NCBI GenBank assembly: GCA_050953005.1
Contig: JBMNLV010000013.1
Span: 29,465 to 93,464, forward strand
Source of the DNA: Christensenellales bacterium
GTDB taxonomy: Bacteria; Bacillota; Clostridia; Christensenellales; Aristaeellaceae
Direction of reading: 5' to 3'
Length of the DNA: 64,000 bases
Below are positions 9,097 to 18,074 of the stretch, piece by piece. The stretch's first letter is position 1. Every line of letters starts with the position of its first letter. Below the pieces are notes generated by a model. That model made no database searches. It saw only the letters and a program-made list of their open reading frames with translations, and was not told where the DNA came from. Both the position numbers and the translations under genes were made by a program.

Positions 9097-10131
9097 TTAT
9101 TGATGATGATCCATGCCCCACTCATGCATCAAGCGGCGGAGCAGGTCTTCTTTTTCATACAGCTTTGCGCTGTCAGGGTTCCCGTAGCGGCGCGCAAGCT
9201 CTGACGTCGGAATCGACCTGTTCGCTATCATGCCCGGCGCCGTGCCGTCACGGTATGCCTTCATAATGGCGTCCACGCCGTCGGTTTTCAGATTGCCCAG
9301 CCGCCACCACGCTGCGGGCTCGGCGGTGTTCGGGTAGACGTTGTAATCGGCGTCCACCGCCACGCTTGGAATATTTGTGCTGAGATCCGGCGGCGCGTGA
9401 TCGCGAAGCAGCCCGGGAAGCAGCTCGCGTTCCGGTTTGCCGAGCCGGTTCAGGCCGTCTCGCGACAGGGCGGCCATCCCGTCCGGTATCGATGCCACAT
9501 CCGCTTGCTCAACCCGCTCGCTTTCCAGCCCGTAACCGCAGCCCTCCGGGGAGATGCCGCCGATGAAGAAGCTTGTGATGCCGTATTCCCTGATCAGTTT
9601 TAGAAACTCGCCTAACTCGGGCAGGCAGCGCTTGGTCAAAAACAGCTGCCAGCGGGGAGTGATCCCGGCCGCCTGGCAGCGCCGTGTCGCCGCGAGCTGG
9701 TCGCGGAACGCGCCGCGCCGCCTCATTCCCCAGTCAGTGCTTTCTTCCATGCCGAAAAAGCTGATCTGGCATGCCTTCGGCGGGAGCGTTGCCGCCCAGC
9801 TTGCGTATTCCGCGTCCCGGGCGAGCCGCCAGGTGGACAGCAGCTCAAACCGCTGCGCGCGCCCCGGCGAGGACAGCTCCTGCTCAAGCGCCCACAGCCC
9901 GCGGTAATCGTCGCGGTAGTCCGGCTCGCGCCACCATGAGAAAAAGGCCAGTTCGGCGATGCTGTCCCCGTTTTCGTCGCGCCAGCTTTTGAACCGCGCG
10001 GCGATCCGCTTAAACTCGTCAACGCTCATCCGGCTGTTTTTCTTGTTTCCGAGCCAGCAGTGCCGGCAGCGGTTGGGACAGCCCGCCAGATCGACCGTGA
10101 CGCCCAGGTAGCTCATGTCAAAATCGCTCAT
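9097..10131 (-). CDS. radical SAM protein (unassigned subfamily)
   Basis: 344 aa with a CxxxCxxC motif near the N-terminus (AGCPNRCRHCW). No SPASM-like Cys cluster seen. 18 nt upstream of the holin-like gene on the same strand. Confidence 0.8.
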   Translation of the reverse strand: MSDFDMSYLGVTVDLAGCPNRCRHCWLGNKKNSRMSVDEFKRIAARFKSWRDENGDSIAELAFFSWWREPDYRDDYRGLWALEQELSSPGRAQRFELLSTWRLARDAEYASWAATLPPKACQISFFGMEESTDWGMRRRGAFRDQLAATRRCQAAGITPRWQLFLTKRCLPELGEFLKLIREYGITSFFIGGISPEGCGYGLESERVEQADVASIPDGMAALSRDGLNRLGKPERELLPGLLRDHAPPDLSTNIPSVAVDADYNVYPNTAEPAAWWRLGNLKTDGVDAIMKAYRDGTAPGMIANRSIPTSELARRYGNPDSAKLYEKEDLLRRLMHEWGMDHHQ

Positions 10132-10474
10132 TTTTCAGGGTTCCTTCAAGGGTTCATGTTTCGCAGCTGATGAATGATTTCAATTTAAATCAAACCCATA
10201 GCTCAATTTATGCTAATGATTGCGTTTTCGCAATCAGGATATCAGCCCGCTGTGTTCCGCTTGGCTGGAATTGCATGTATAATCAAGCTCCGGGAGCAGT
10301 CTTTCCGGGCTTTGAGCGCCAACAGGCATCGCGATTGGGAAAAGTCATCCCAAAGGAGGCGGATCAGTGAGCACCTTTCAAAAAGCCCGCGCGTTCGTTT
10401 GCCGCAACGCCCGCCCGCTCGACCCGGCGCGGTTTTAAATATGCTGTATCTGAAAGGAATGGGAGGTTGGTTTA

Positions 10475-11038
10475 ATGCTGCATAAAGGCACGGTCGCACT
10501 TGAAACTGAACGCCTGGTGCTGCGCCGGTTTGAGGCATCGGACGCCGAGGCCATGTTCAACAACTGGACGAGCGATGATGAGGTGACGAAGTTCCTGACC
10601 TGGTCTGCTCATTCGGATGTGTCTGTCTCCCGGTCGTTGATTGACAGGTGGCTGGCCTCCTATCAAAACCCGAACTATTATACCTGGGCGATCGTCCCTA
10701 AAGAGCTTGGCGAGCCGATCGGGAGCATTTCCGGTGTCGCGCAGCGGGATGACATCAGGATGGTCCATGTCGGGTATTGCATCGGCAGGAAATGGTGGCG
10801 GCAGGGCTATACCTCGGAAGCGCTGGCGGCATTGATTCGGTTTTTCTTTGAGGATGTCGGTGTTAACCGCATAGAGTCAAGGCACGATCCCCGCAATCCC
10901 AACTCGGGCAAGGTGATGATGAAATGCGGCCTGAAATATGAAGGCACGCTGCGCCAGAGCGATATCAACAATCAGCCAGGCTTCTGCGACGCCGCGTATT
11001 ATGCCATTCTTGCGGAGGATTATTTCAGCGCAGAATAA
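10475..11038 (+). CDS. GNAT family N-acetyltransferase (RimJ/RimL-like)
   Basis: 187 aa. LETERLVLRRFEASDAEAMFNNW... and the later RKWWRQGYTSEAL motif are typical of Acetyltransf_3/RimL-type GNATs. Confidence 0.85.
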   Translation: MLHKGTVALETERLVLRRFEASDAEAMFNNWTSDDEVTKFLTWSAHSDVSVSRSLIDRWLASYQNPNYYTWAIVPKELGEPIGSISGVAQRDDIRMVHVGYCIGRKWWRQGYTSEALAALIRFFFEDVGVNRIESRHDPRNPNSGKVMMKCGLKYEGTLRQSDINNQPGFCDAAYYAILAEDYFSAE

Positions 11039-11073
11039 CAGCGTTCCGTTTTCCGTCTGCGCTTGAGGAACAC

Positions 11074-11887
11074 TCACCTGGTGTTGTGCTTTTTCACATA
11101 GTAATGCCGCTTCAGCCAGGTCGCCAGCCCGCCAAGGCCGGGGAACAGAATGCGCTCAGTGATGTTGGAGTGGTCAAGCTTGTCCCGGATCTCCCACTTG
11201 ATTTCCCTGGGGATGATATAGCGGGTCGCCCTGATGTCAGGCCCGGACAGGCAGTTTTCCAGACGGGTCTGGCACTTGGGGATCACGGAGAAGAGCGCGA
11301 ACTGGTTGATGATCCGGGCGTCAATGGAGGGGGGCTCCAAGAAGACAAAGGTGCTGTTCTCCATGTCGCTGTCGTACTTTTTCAGGTTCGGCGTAATGTC
11401 GTTGAGCATGTCCACGGTAAAGACATGCGCTGTTTCTTCGCTCAGCTTTTGCCTGTATTCCTCGGGCAGCTGGCAGTGCACATCATCCACATGCACCTTC
11501 CAGACGGCCGCGTCGCTGTTTGCCAGGCAGTCCAGGTCGGCATCGTTTGTCGCGAAATGCAGCGCGATGAGGGGGGGAGTATGTCCAGTCGAGCAGGCGT
11601 GTGGGCAGGCCGTAGTGCTGCCCCAGGATCATCTGCTTCCAGACGGACTGCACCATGAAAGGGGCTTCCATCTCCGCGTATTTGGAAAAATTCCTCAGGA
11701 TGTTGTGCTCCAGGTCCCATTGGTCGGAGCAGTTCCGGGAAAAGCTGGAGACCAGGGAATACTCCGCGCTGTGCACGCCCCTGAAAGCGTAATCCGACCT
11801 GTACCTGTCGATCACGGGATTGTACCAGCCGTCAAAAAACAGGTCCACGGCCTGGGAAAGCGAAGCAACAACTATGGTATCGAACAT
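11074..11887 (-). pseudogene. FRG domain protein, frameshifted as sequenced
   Basis: ORFs 11483..11887 and 11074..11496 are two halves of one gene. QHYGLPTRLLDWTYSP is followed by a C7 run (G7 on the plus strand, 11571-11577). Removing one C restores DWTYSPLIALHFATNDADLDCLANSDAAVWKVHVDD..., the canonical FRG continuation. Confidence 0.7.
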
Positions 11888-12029
11888 TATTGATCACACC
11901 TCCTGAACGCGGCAGCTTTCCCTGTTATTCTAATTGAGATGGCATGGAATTGTCTAATGGTTCTTTCACAGCGGCCTGCGTCCCGGAATGCCTGTATCTA
12001 ACCTCACACGAAACCCGGATTCAACCGGC

Positions 12030-12099
12030 ATAAAGGCTTGCGCTCCTCCAGGCACAAAGGCTTGCGCTCCTCCAGGCACAAAGGCTTGCGCTCCTGCCG
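12030..12099 (+). repeat. three tandem copies of a 23-24 bp unit (ca.aaaggcttgcgctcctccagg)
   Basis: Direct reading: ataaaggcttgcgctcctccagg / cacaaaggcttgcgctcctccagg / cacaaaggcttgcgctcctgccg. Sits immediately upstream of the putative murA promoter. Confidence 0.85.
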
Positions 12100-12104
12100 T
12101 TTTC

Positions 12105-12133
12105 TTTACGCTTTCACCCGGCTATGCTATAAT
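12105..12133 (+). promoter_or_regulatory. putative sigma-A promoter of murA (extended -10)
   Basis: TTTACG (12105-12110), 17-nt spacer, TGcTATAAT (12125-12133). About 37 nt upstream of the murA start. Confidence 0.4.
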
Positions 12134-12169
12134 GTCCGGGCGATCAAGCTCAGGAGGATGGTAAGGCGC

Positions 12170-13464
12170 ATGCCTGATTATAAACTCGTGATCGAAGGCG
12201 GACGGGAACTGCGGGGGGAAACCTATGTGTCAGGCGGCAAGAACACCTCCCTCGCCGTCATCCCCGCGACCCTGCTGGCTGAACACCCCTGCCAGCTGGA
12301 CAACCTGCCCGACATCGAGGACGTCCGCGCGCTGGTCCAGATCCTGCGCCATCTTGGCGCCGGGGTGGAATGGCGGCCCGACCAGAAGCAGATGCAGGTG
12401 GATCCGGCCAAGCTCCGCACCAATACCGTGCCCTTCCGCCTCAGCCAGAAGATGCGCGCCAGCTACTACCTCATGGGCGCGCTGCTGGGGCGCTACGGCT
12501 ATGCCAGGGTCGGCTACCCCGGCGGCTGCAACCTGGGCAGCCGCCCGATTGACCAGCACCTCAAGGGCTTCCGCGCGCTGGGCGCGCAGATCCGCGAGGA
12601 GAGCGGCATGATCGTGCTGGAGGGCAAGCTCCGGGGCGCCAAGATCAACTTTGACATGGTCACCGTGGGCGGCACCATCAATGTGATGCTGGCGGCCTGC
12701 CGCGCCGAGGGCGACACCGTGCTGACCAACTGCGCGCGGGAGCCGCACATTGTTGATACCGCCAACTTCCTGAACCGCATCGGCGCGCGCATCCGCGGCG
12801 CGGGCACGGACACCATCCGCATCCGCGGGGTCAGCAAGCTGGCCGGGAGCGCTTATACAGTCATTCCCGACCAGATTGAGACCGGCACCCTGATGATCGC
12901 GGCCGCGGCGACCCGCGGGGATGTGACCCTGCACGGCTGCATTCCCACGCACATGGAAGCGCTGACAGCCAAGCTGCTGGAGATGGGCGTCCTGGTGACC
13001 AGCCGGGATGACATCATTACAGTCCAGCTGCGCCAGGGCCACCGCGCCATCAGGCTGAGCACGCAGGAATATCCCGGCTTCCCGACGGATTTGCAGCAGC
13101 CCATGTCGGCCCTGCTGACCCGGGCGGTGGGGACCAGCGAGGTCATAGAGAATATCTTTGACTCGCGCTTCAAGCACCTGGACGAGATGCGCAAAATGGG
13201 CGCCAAGTCGGTCATCAACGGACGGGTCGCCTATATTGAGGGCGTGCCCGAGCTGCACGGCGCGCCGGTGACCGCGCCGGACCTGCGCGGCGGCGCCGCG
13301 CTGGTCATTGCCGGGCTCATGGCCCGGGCATCACGGAAATCTATAACCCGGAAACCATCGCCAGGGGGTATGAGCACCTGGAGAACAAGCTCAACGCGCT
13401 GGGGGGCAGCATCCGCCGTGAGCCCATCGCGAGCGATGTTTACGGATATGCCAACAGCTTTTGA
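12170..13464 (+). pseudogene. murA: UDP-N-acetylglucosamine 1-carboxyvinyltransferase MurA, 1-nt frameshift as sequenced (probably intact in vivo)
   Basis: MPDYKLVIEGGRELRGETYVSGGKNTSLAVIP... matches MurA up to ...RGGAALVIAGLMA. At the cccggg run (13323-13328) the frame is lost. Adding one G restores GITEIYNPETIARGYEHLENKLNALGGSIRREP...NSF*, ending at 13464. The 644-aa ORF in the track is a read-through artefact. Confidence 0.85.
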
Positions 13465-13972
13465 GATTCTGGGCGTCTCCCCGGACGCGGACGCGGTGGA
13501 GATCCGCTCCGCCTACCACCAGCTGGCCAAAGCCTGCCATCCGGACAAGTTTTTGGATCCCCGGGAGCAGGCCGCGGGGCAGGAACGGCTGATTGTCATC
13601 AACCTGGCCTATGAGCAGGCCATGGCCATCGCCACCAAGCGCCAGACGCCCAGCGCCAGCCTGCCGCTGGAGCAGGCCCTGGTCTGGGCTGAAAAGCTGC
13701 TGACCCGCAAGCAATATGAATTGGCCCTGCTGCAGCTGAGCAAGGCCGAGGACAAGGACGCGCGCTGGTACGCGATGCAGGCCCGCACGCTGGGCGGGAT
13801 GAAGCAATACCTCAGCGCGCACCAGGCCTGGCGCACGGCAGTGCGCCTGGACCCGGAGAACCTGACCTACCGCCGGGCCGCGCTGGACGCTGAAATCCGC
13901 ATGAAAAAAGCGGACAGCCTGCCTGCGAGGGCGATCAATGGCGTCAGGAAGCTGCTGCGGCGCAAGGACTGA
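13448..13972 (+). CDS. J-domain (DnaJ-like) protein with TPR-like C-terminus
   Basis: MPTAFEILGVSPDADAVEIRSAYHQLAKACHPDKF carries the HPD motif of J domains. The C-terminal part is TPR-like (ARWYAMQARTLGGMKQYLSAHQAWRTAVRLDPEN). An alternative start is at 13436. Confidence 0.7.
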   Translation: MPTAFEILGVSPDADAVEIRSAYHQLAKACHPDKFLDPREQAAGQERLIVINLAYEQAMAIATKRQTPSASLPLEQALVWAEKLLTRKQYELALLQLSKAEDKDARWYAMQARTLGGMKQYLSAHQAWRTAVRLDPENLTYRRAALDAEIRMKKADSLPARAINGVRKLLRRKD

Positions 13973-13986
13973 GGAGGGCGAGCCTG

Positions 13987-14535
13987 ATGATGGGGGAAGA
14001 GCTGCCCATCCGCCTGGTGCGCAGCCGGCGCAAGACCCTGGCCATTGAGGTTTATCCGGGGCGGGAGGTGGTGGTGCGCGCGCCCGCGAGGCTGCCCTTG
14101 CGCGATATCCGGGAATTTGTCATCCGCCGCGAGGCCTGGATTCGCAAGCACTGGGACAAACCCCGCGCGGATAAGCCGGTGGAATATACCGAACAGCAGG
14201 AGAAGGCGCTGCGCGCTGCCGCGCGGGACATGCTGCCGGGCCTGGTGGCGCGCTATGCAGGGCTGCTGGGCGTTTCGCCCGCGCGGCTGAACATCACCGG
14301 CGCGCGCACGCGATTTGGCAGCTGCAGCTCCAAAGGCGGCATCGCCTTTTCCTTCCGGCTGATGGCCTATCCCGTGGCGGCCATTGAGTATGTGGTGCTG
14401 CACGAGCTGGCGCACCTGAAACAGTTGAACCATTCTTCCGCGTTTTATTCCATCCTTCAGCAGCACATGCCAGACTACCGACAGCGGGCTGCCCTGCTCA
14501 AGCAGCGGCCGGCGCCCCCAAGACAAGGAGGATGA
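13987..14535 (+). CDS. YgjP-like M48/DUF45 metallopeptidase
   Basis: 182 aa with HELAHL zinc motif (YVVLHELAHLKQLNHSSAFY) and the typical N-terminal R-S-RRKTLAIEV pattern. Confidence 0.8.
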   Translation: MMGEELPIRLVRSRRKTLAIEVYPGREVVVRAPARLPLRDIREFVIRREAWIRKHWDKPRADKPVEYTEQQEKALRAAARDMLPGLVARYAGLLGVSPARLNITGARTRFGSCSSKGGIAFSFRLMAYPVAAIEYVVLHELAHLKQLNHSSAFYSILQQHMPDYRQRAALLKQRPAPPRQGG

Positions 14536-15380
14536 GCTTGTATACCATCATCACCAAGACCCCCCTGTCCTGCAACGCGTGCAGGATGGAGATCCTCTCC
14601 CCGCTGGTCGCGAAAAAGGCGCTGCCAGGGCAGTTCATCATCCTGCGCGCCAGGGAGCATTCCGAGCGGATCCCGCTGACCGTTCATGACGTCAACACCC
14701 AACTGGGCACAGTCAGCGTGGTGTATCAGGTGGTGGGCGCGGGCACCCGGGAGCTGGATTCCCTGGAGGCCGGCGACAGCCTGCATGATTTTGTGGGCCC
14801 CCTGGGTATGCCCACCGAGACGGAGGGCCTTCAAAAGGTTTGCGTGGTGGGCGGCGGCGTGGGCTGCGCCATTGCTTACCCCATAACCCGCAGGCTGCAC
14901 GAGCAGGGCTGCCGGGTGCATGCCATCATCGGCTTTCGCAGCCGCGAGCTTGTCTTTCTGGAGGAGGAATTTTCCCGCGCGTCCGACCTTCTCAAGGTGA
15001 TGACGGATGACGGCTCCTACGGCGAAAAAGGCCTGGTGACCGACGCGCTGCGCGCGCTGATTGAAGCCGGGCACCGGTATGACCGGGTCATCGCGATCGG
15101 CCCGCTGGTCATGATGAAGTTTGTCAGCCTGCTCACCAAGGAGTATGGCATCAAGACCGTGGTGTCCATGAACCCTGTGATGGTTGACGGCACCGGCATG
15201 TGCGGCGGCTGCCGGCTGACGGTGGGCGGCCAAACCAAATTCGCCTGCGTGGACGGGCCGGATTTTGACGGACACCAGGTGGATTTTGACGAGGCGATCA
15301 GCCGCAACAGGATATATGAGGATTTTGAGAAGCGAGAACATGAGAAGAGCTGCCGTTTGTTCCGGCAGGAGGTGCAGTGA
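14532..15380 (+). CDS. nfnA: NADH-dependent reduced ferredoxin:NADP+ oxidoreductase subunit A (sulfide dehydrogenase-like FAD/[2Fe-2S] subunit)
   Basis: 282 aa with an FNR-like fold pattern and C-terminal CGGCRL...FACVDGPDF iron-sulfur motif. 4-nt overlap with the gltD-like subunit gene. Confidence 0.75.
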   Translation: MSLYTIITKTPLSCNACRMEILSPLVAKKALPGQFIILRAREHSERIPLTVHDVNTQLGTVSVVYQVVGAGTRELDSLEAGDSLHDFVGPLGMPTETEGLQKVCVVGGGVGCAIAYPITRRLHEQGCRVHAIIGFRSRELVFLEEEFSRASDLLKVMTDDGSYGEKGLVTDALRALIEAGHRYDRVIAIGPLVMMKFVSLLTKEYGIKTVVSMNPVMVDGTGMCGGCRLTVGGQTKFACVDGPDFDGHQVDFDEAISRNRIYEDFEKREHEKSCRLFRQEVQ

Positions 15381-16795
15381 TGGAGCGCAACCTTTCTTTA
15401 AACAAGGTGCCGATGCCCAGTCAGGACCCGCGGGAGCGCATTGGCAACTTTCAGGAGGTCGCCCTGGGCTATACGAGGGAAATGGCCATGCAGGAGGCTG
15501 CCCGCTGCCTGTCATGCAGGAACAAGCCCTGTGTGGAAGGCTGCCCGGTGCGCATCGATATCCCGGGGTTCATCAGCCGGATCGCGCAGGGGAATATGGA
15601 GGAGGCCTACCTCATCCTCAACCGTGACAGCGCGCTGCCGGCGGTGTGCGGGCGCGTTTGCCCGCAGGAGAGCCAGTGCGAGCAGAAATGTGTGCGCGCT
15701 GTCAAGGGCGAGGCCGTGGCCATCGGCCGCCTGGAGCGCTATGCCGCGGACTGGTACCGCCAAAGCGCCTGCAAGCTGCCTCCGCGGCCGCAGCCCAACG
15801 GGCACAAGGTAGCGGTGGTGGGCGCGGGCCCGGGCGGGCTGACTGCCGCCGGCGAATTGGCGCGCATGGGCTATGCCGTGACCGTGTTTGAAGCCCTGCA
15901 CCTGCCGGGCGGCGTGCTCACCTACGGCATCCCGGAGTTCCGCCTGCCCAAGAGCATCGTCATGGAGGAGGTGGAGGCCTTAAAGCGCCTGGGCGTGGAG
16001 ATCATGCTCAACACCGTCATCGGGAAGACCCTTACGGTTGACGAGCTGCTGGAGATGCGTTTCGAGGCGGTCTTTATCGCTTCCGGCGCCGGGCTGCCGC
16101 GCTTTATGGGCATCCCGGGCGAATCGCTCAAGGGCGTGTACTCGGCCAACGAGTACCTCACGCGCATCAACCTGATGCAGGCCTACCGCGAGGACGCGAA
16201 AACCCCCATCATGCGCGGCAATCATGTGGCCGTGGTGGGCGGGGGCAATGTGGCCATGGACGCCGCGCGCTGCGCCCGGCGTCTGGGCGCGCAGGAGGTC
16301 AGCATCGTCTATCGCCGCAGCATGAATGAGCTGCCCGCCCGGCAGGAGGAGGTTCACCACGCGCAGGAGGAGGGCATCATCTTCCGCGTGCTTACCAACC
16401 CTGTCCGGGTGCTGGGCGATGACAAAGGCTGGGTGCGCGGGCTGGAATGCGTGCGCATGACCCTGGGCGAGCCGGACGCCTCCGGGCGCCGGCGCCCGGT
16501 GGAGCAGCCCGGCAGCAACTATGAGCTGTCCGCTGATGTGGTGGTCATCGCCATCGGCACCTCCAGCAATCCCCTCATCCGCCTGACTACCCCGGGCCTG
16601 GAGACCGACCGCTGGGGCGGCATCGTGGTGAACGGGCCGGATGGCCTGACCAGCCGCGAAAGGGTTTATGCCGGAGGCGATGTGGTGACCGGCTCGGCCA
16701 CCGTTATCCTGGCCATGGGCGCGGGAAAGGACGCCGCGCGCGCCATTGACCGGATGATCCGCGCCGGTCAGGCGCCGGATGAAACAATGATGTGA
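15377..16795 (+). CDS. nfnB: NfnB / NADPH-dependent glutamate synthase small-chain homologue
   Basis: 472 aa. N-terminal Cys clusters (CLSCRNKPCVEGCP, CGRVCPQESQCEQKC), two Rossmann GxGxxG motifs (VVGAGPGG, VVGGGNVAMD), and GGDVVTG near the C-terminus. Confidence 0.8.
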   Translation: MMERNLSLNKVPMPSQDPRERIGNFQEVALGYTREMAMQEAARCLSCRNKPCVEGCPVRIDIPGFISRIAQGNMEEAYLILNRDSALPAVCGRVCPQESQCEQKCVRAVKGEAVAIGRLERYAADWYRQSACKLPPRPQPNGHKVAVVGAGPGGLTAAGELARMGYAVTVFEALHLPGGVLTYGIPEFRLPKSIVMEEVEALKRLGVEIMLNTVIGKTLTVDELLEMRFEAVFIASGAGLPRFMGIPGESLKGVYSANEYLTRINLMQAYREDAKTPIMRGNHVAVVGGGNVAMDAARCARRLGAQEVSIVYRRSMNELPARQEEVHHAQEEGIIFRVLTNPVRVLGDDKGWVRGLECVRMTLGEPDASGRRRPVEQPGSNYELSADVVVIAIGTSSNPLIRLTTPGLETDRWGGIVVNGPDGLTSRERVYAGGDVVTGSATVILAMGAGKDAARAIDRMIRAGQAPDETMM

Positions 16796-16912
16796 TTCCT
16801 TGGCTTTGAATCGGCCGGGGACCTGGCGCAAGCGTTGGCAGGCGCCGGGCTGTGGTCTTTTTGGTGGGACTAATAGCGCCGCAGAGCCGGCCATAAAGCT
16901 TCATCATCCCGG

Positions 16913-16941
16913 AAAAACCCCCGCCGCGGCGGGGGTTTTTT
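16913..16941. terminator. bidirectional intrinsic terminator between nfnB and msrA
   Basis: aaaaacccccgccgcggcgggggtttttt: a GC-rich perfect hairpin flanked by A and T runs, between convergent genes. Confidence 0.6.
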
Positions 16942-16998
16942 GTGGCTCCGGCGTGTTTGCCGATGCAGCCCGGAGCCGGGCTGCCACCGGTATCCGGC

Positions 16999-17934
16999 TT
17001 ACTCGACCCCGTACGGCCAGCTGATGATGCCGCCCAGGTCATACAGGTTGGTATAGCCCAGGTTGACCAGCTGCATGGCGCCTGTGCGGCTGCGCGCGCC
17101 GGAGCGGCAATACAGGTAGATCAGCGCGTCCTTGTCCGGCAGGCGCTCCTGCGCCAGGCCGGCCAGGCTGCCCAGGGGCAGGTTGATGGCGCCGGGGATA
17201 TGCCCGGCGGCGAATTCATAGGGCTCGCGCACATCCACCATAACGGGCGCGGCGCCCATATCCATGGCTTCCCTGGCCTGCTTGGGGCTGATGGCCCTGT
17301 ATTCAGCCTGGCGGGGCGCGGTCTGCTTGCCCGTGGCCCGGGCGCGGTCAAAATCAGCCTGTGTCAGGTGGCAGTATCCTCCCGGGTTCTTGATCAGGTA
17401 GTCCTGGTGGTAGTCCTCAGCCGGCCAGAAGCTGCCCAGCGGCCCGATCTCCACATGGAAGGCCGGGTGCCTGGCCTGTTCGGCCTTGGCCAGGCGCCGG
17501 ATGAGCTGCCCGTCCTCCTGCGTTTGGTAATATATGCCGGTCTGGTACTGGCTGCCGATGTCGTTTCCCTGACGGTTTTCCACTGTCGGGTCAATGGAGG
17601 AGAAGAACAGCGCCACCAGCTCCTCCAGGCTGACCAGGTCCGGGTTGAAGGTGACTTCCACCGTCTCCCGGTGGCCGGTGTCGCCGGTTTTGACCGCCTC
17701 GTAACCGGGGTTTTCCAGCGTGCCGTTGGCATAGCCGCTGCGCGCGTTGATGACGCCGGGCACCAGCGACATCATGTGCTCCACCCCCCAAAAGCAGCCT
17801 CCCGCGAAATAGACGGTCCCGGCCCGCGCCGGGGTCTCTTCCACGGACACCATGGCCTGCCTTGTGTTTTTTAACGCGTAAAACGCGCCCAGGGCAATCG
17901 CCATCACCAGAATAAACGCAATCAGCATTCTCAT
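16999..17934 (-). CDS. msrA: membrane-anchored peptide methionine sulfoxide reductase MsrA fused to a rhodanese domain
   Basis: Start MRMLIAFILVMAIALGAFYAL (TM anchor) preceded by a GGGAGG RBS. MsrA catalytic GCFWG. C-terminal rhodanese with active-site loop CRSGARS. The 462-aa ORF in the track also includes an unrelated IS66 fragment upstream. Confidence 0.85.
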   Translation of the reverse strand: MRMLIAFILVMAIALGAFYALKNTRQAMVSVEETPARAGTVYFAGGCFWGVEHMMSLVPGVINARSGYANGTLENPGYEAVKTGDTGHRETVEVTFNPDLVSLEELVALFFSSIDPTVENRQGNDIGSQYQTGIYYQTQEDGQLIRRLAKAEQARHPAFHVEIGPLGSFWPAEDYHQDYLIKNPGGYCHLTQADFDRARATGKQTAPRQAEYRAISPKQAREAMDMGAAPVMVDVREPYEFAAGHIPGAINLPLGSLAGLAQERLPDKDALIYLYCRSGARSRTGAMQLVNLGYTNLYDLGGIISWPYGVE

Positions 17935-18074
17935 GGGTTCCTCCCTCGGTGGCTTGGACCCCGCGTGGATCCGCCATGATTGTACCCGTTCCGGGCGCGT
18001 TTTATCCGGGCTTGCAAACTGACGCGGCAACATCAAATTTGGATGCAAATACAATAAGGTATTCAGTGAATTCT

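Noticed and set aside
8740-10131. Prophage remnant based on the holin-like gene
   Set aside because: I saw no endolysin, capsid, tail, terminase or integrase genes nearby. The holin assignment itself is only a pattern resemblance.
10357-10431. Short GTG-initiated ORF (VSTFQKARAFVCRNARPLDPARF) with a GGAGG RBS upstream of the GNAT gene
   Set aside because: It is only 24 codons and looks like the N-terminal stub of a longer gene rather than a functional small protein. I cannot assign a family with confidence and have no independent support.
12030-12099. CRISPR array (also considered for 6264..6317)
   Set aside because: The units are directly adjacent with no spacers, there are only 2-3 copies, and there are no cas genes in the window.
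12038-13972. Single 644-aa ORF that looks like a MurA-DnaJ fusion with an SSRHKGLR repeat N-terminus
   Set aside because: The N-terminal repeats are the translation of the 24-bp promoter-proximal tandem repeat. The MurA C-terminus is intact in another frame after a 1-nt homopolymer indel. The J-domain gene has its own start. It is a composite artefact.
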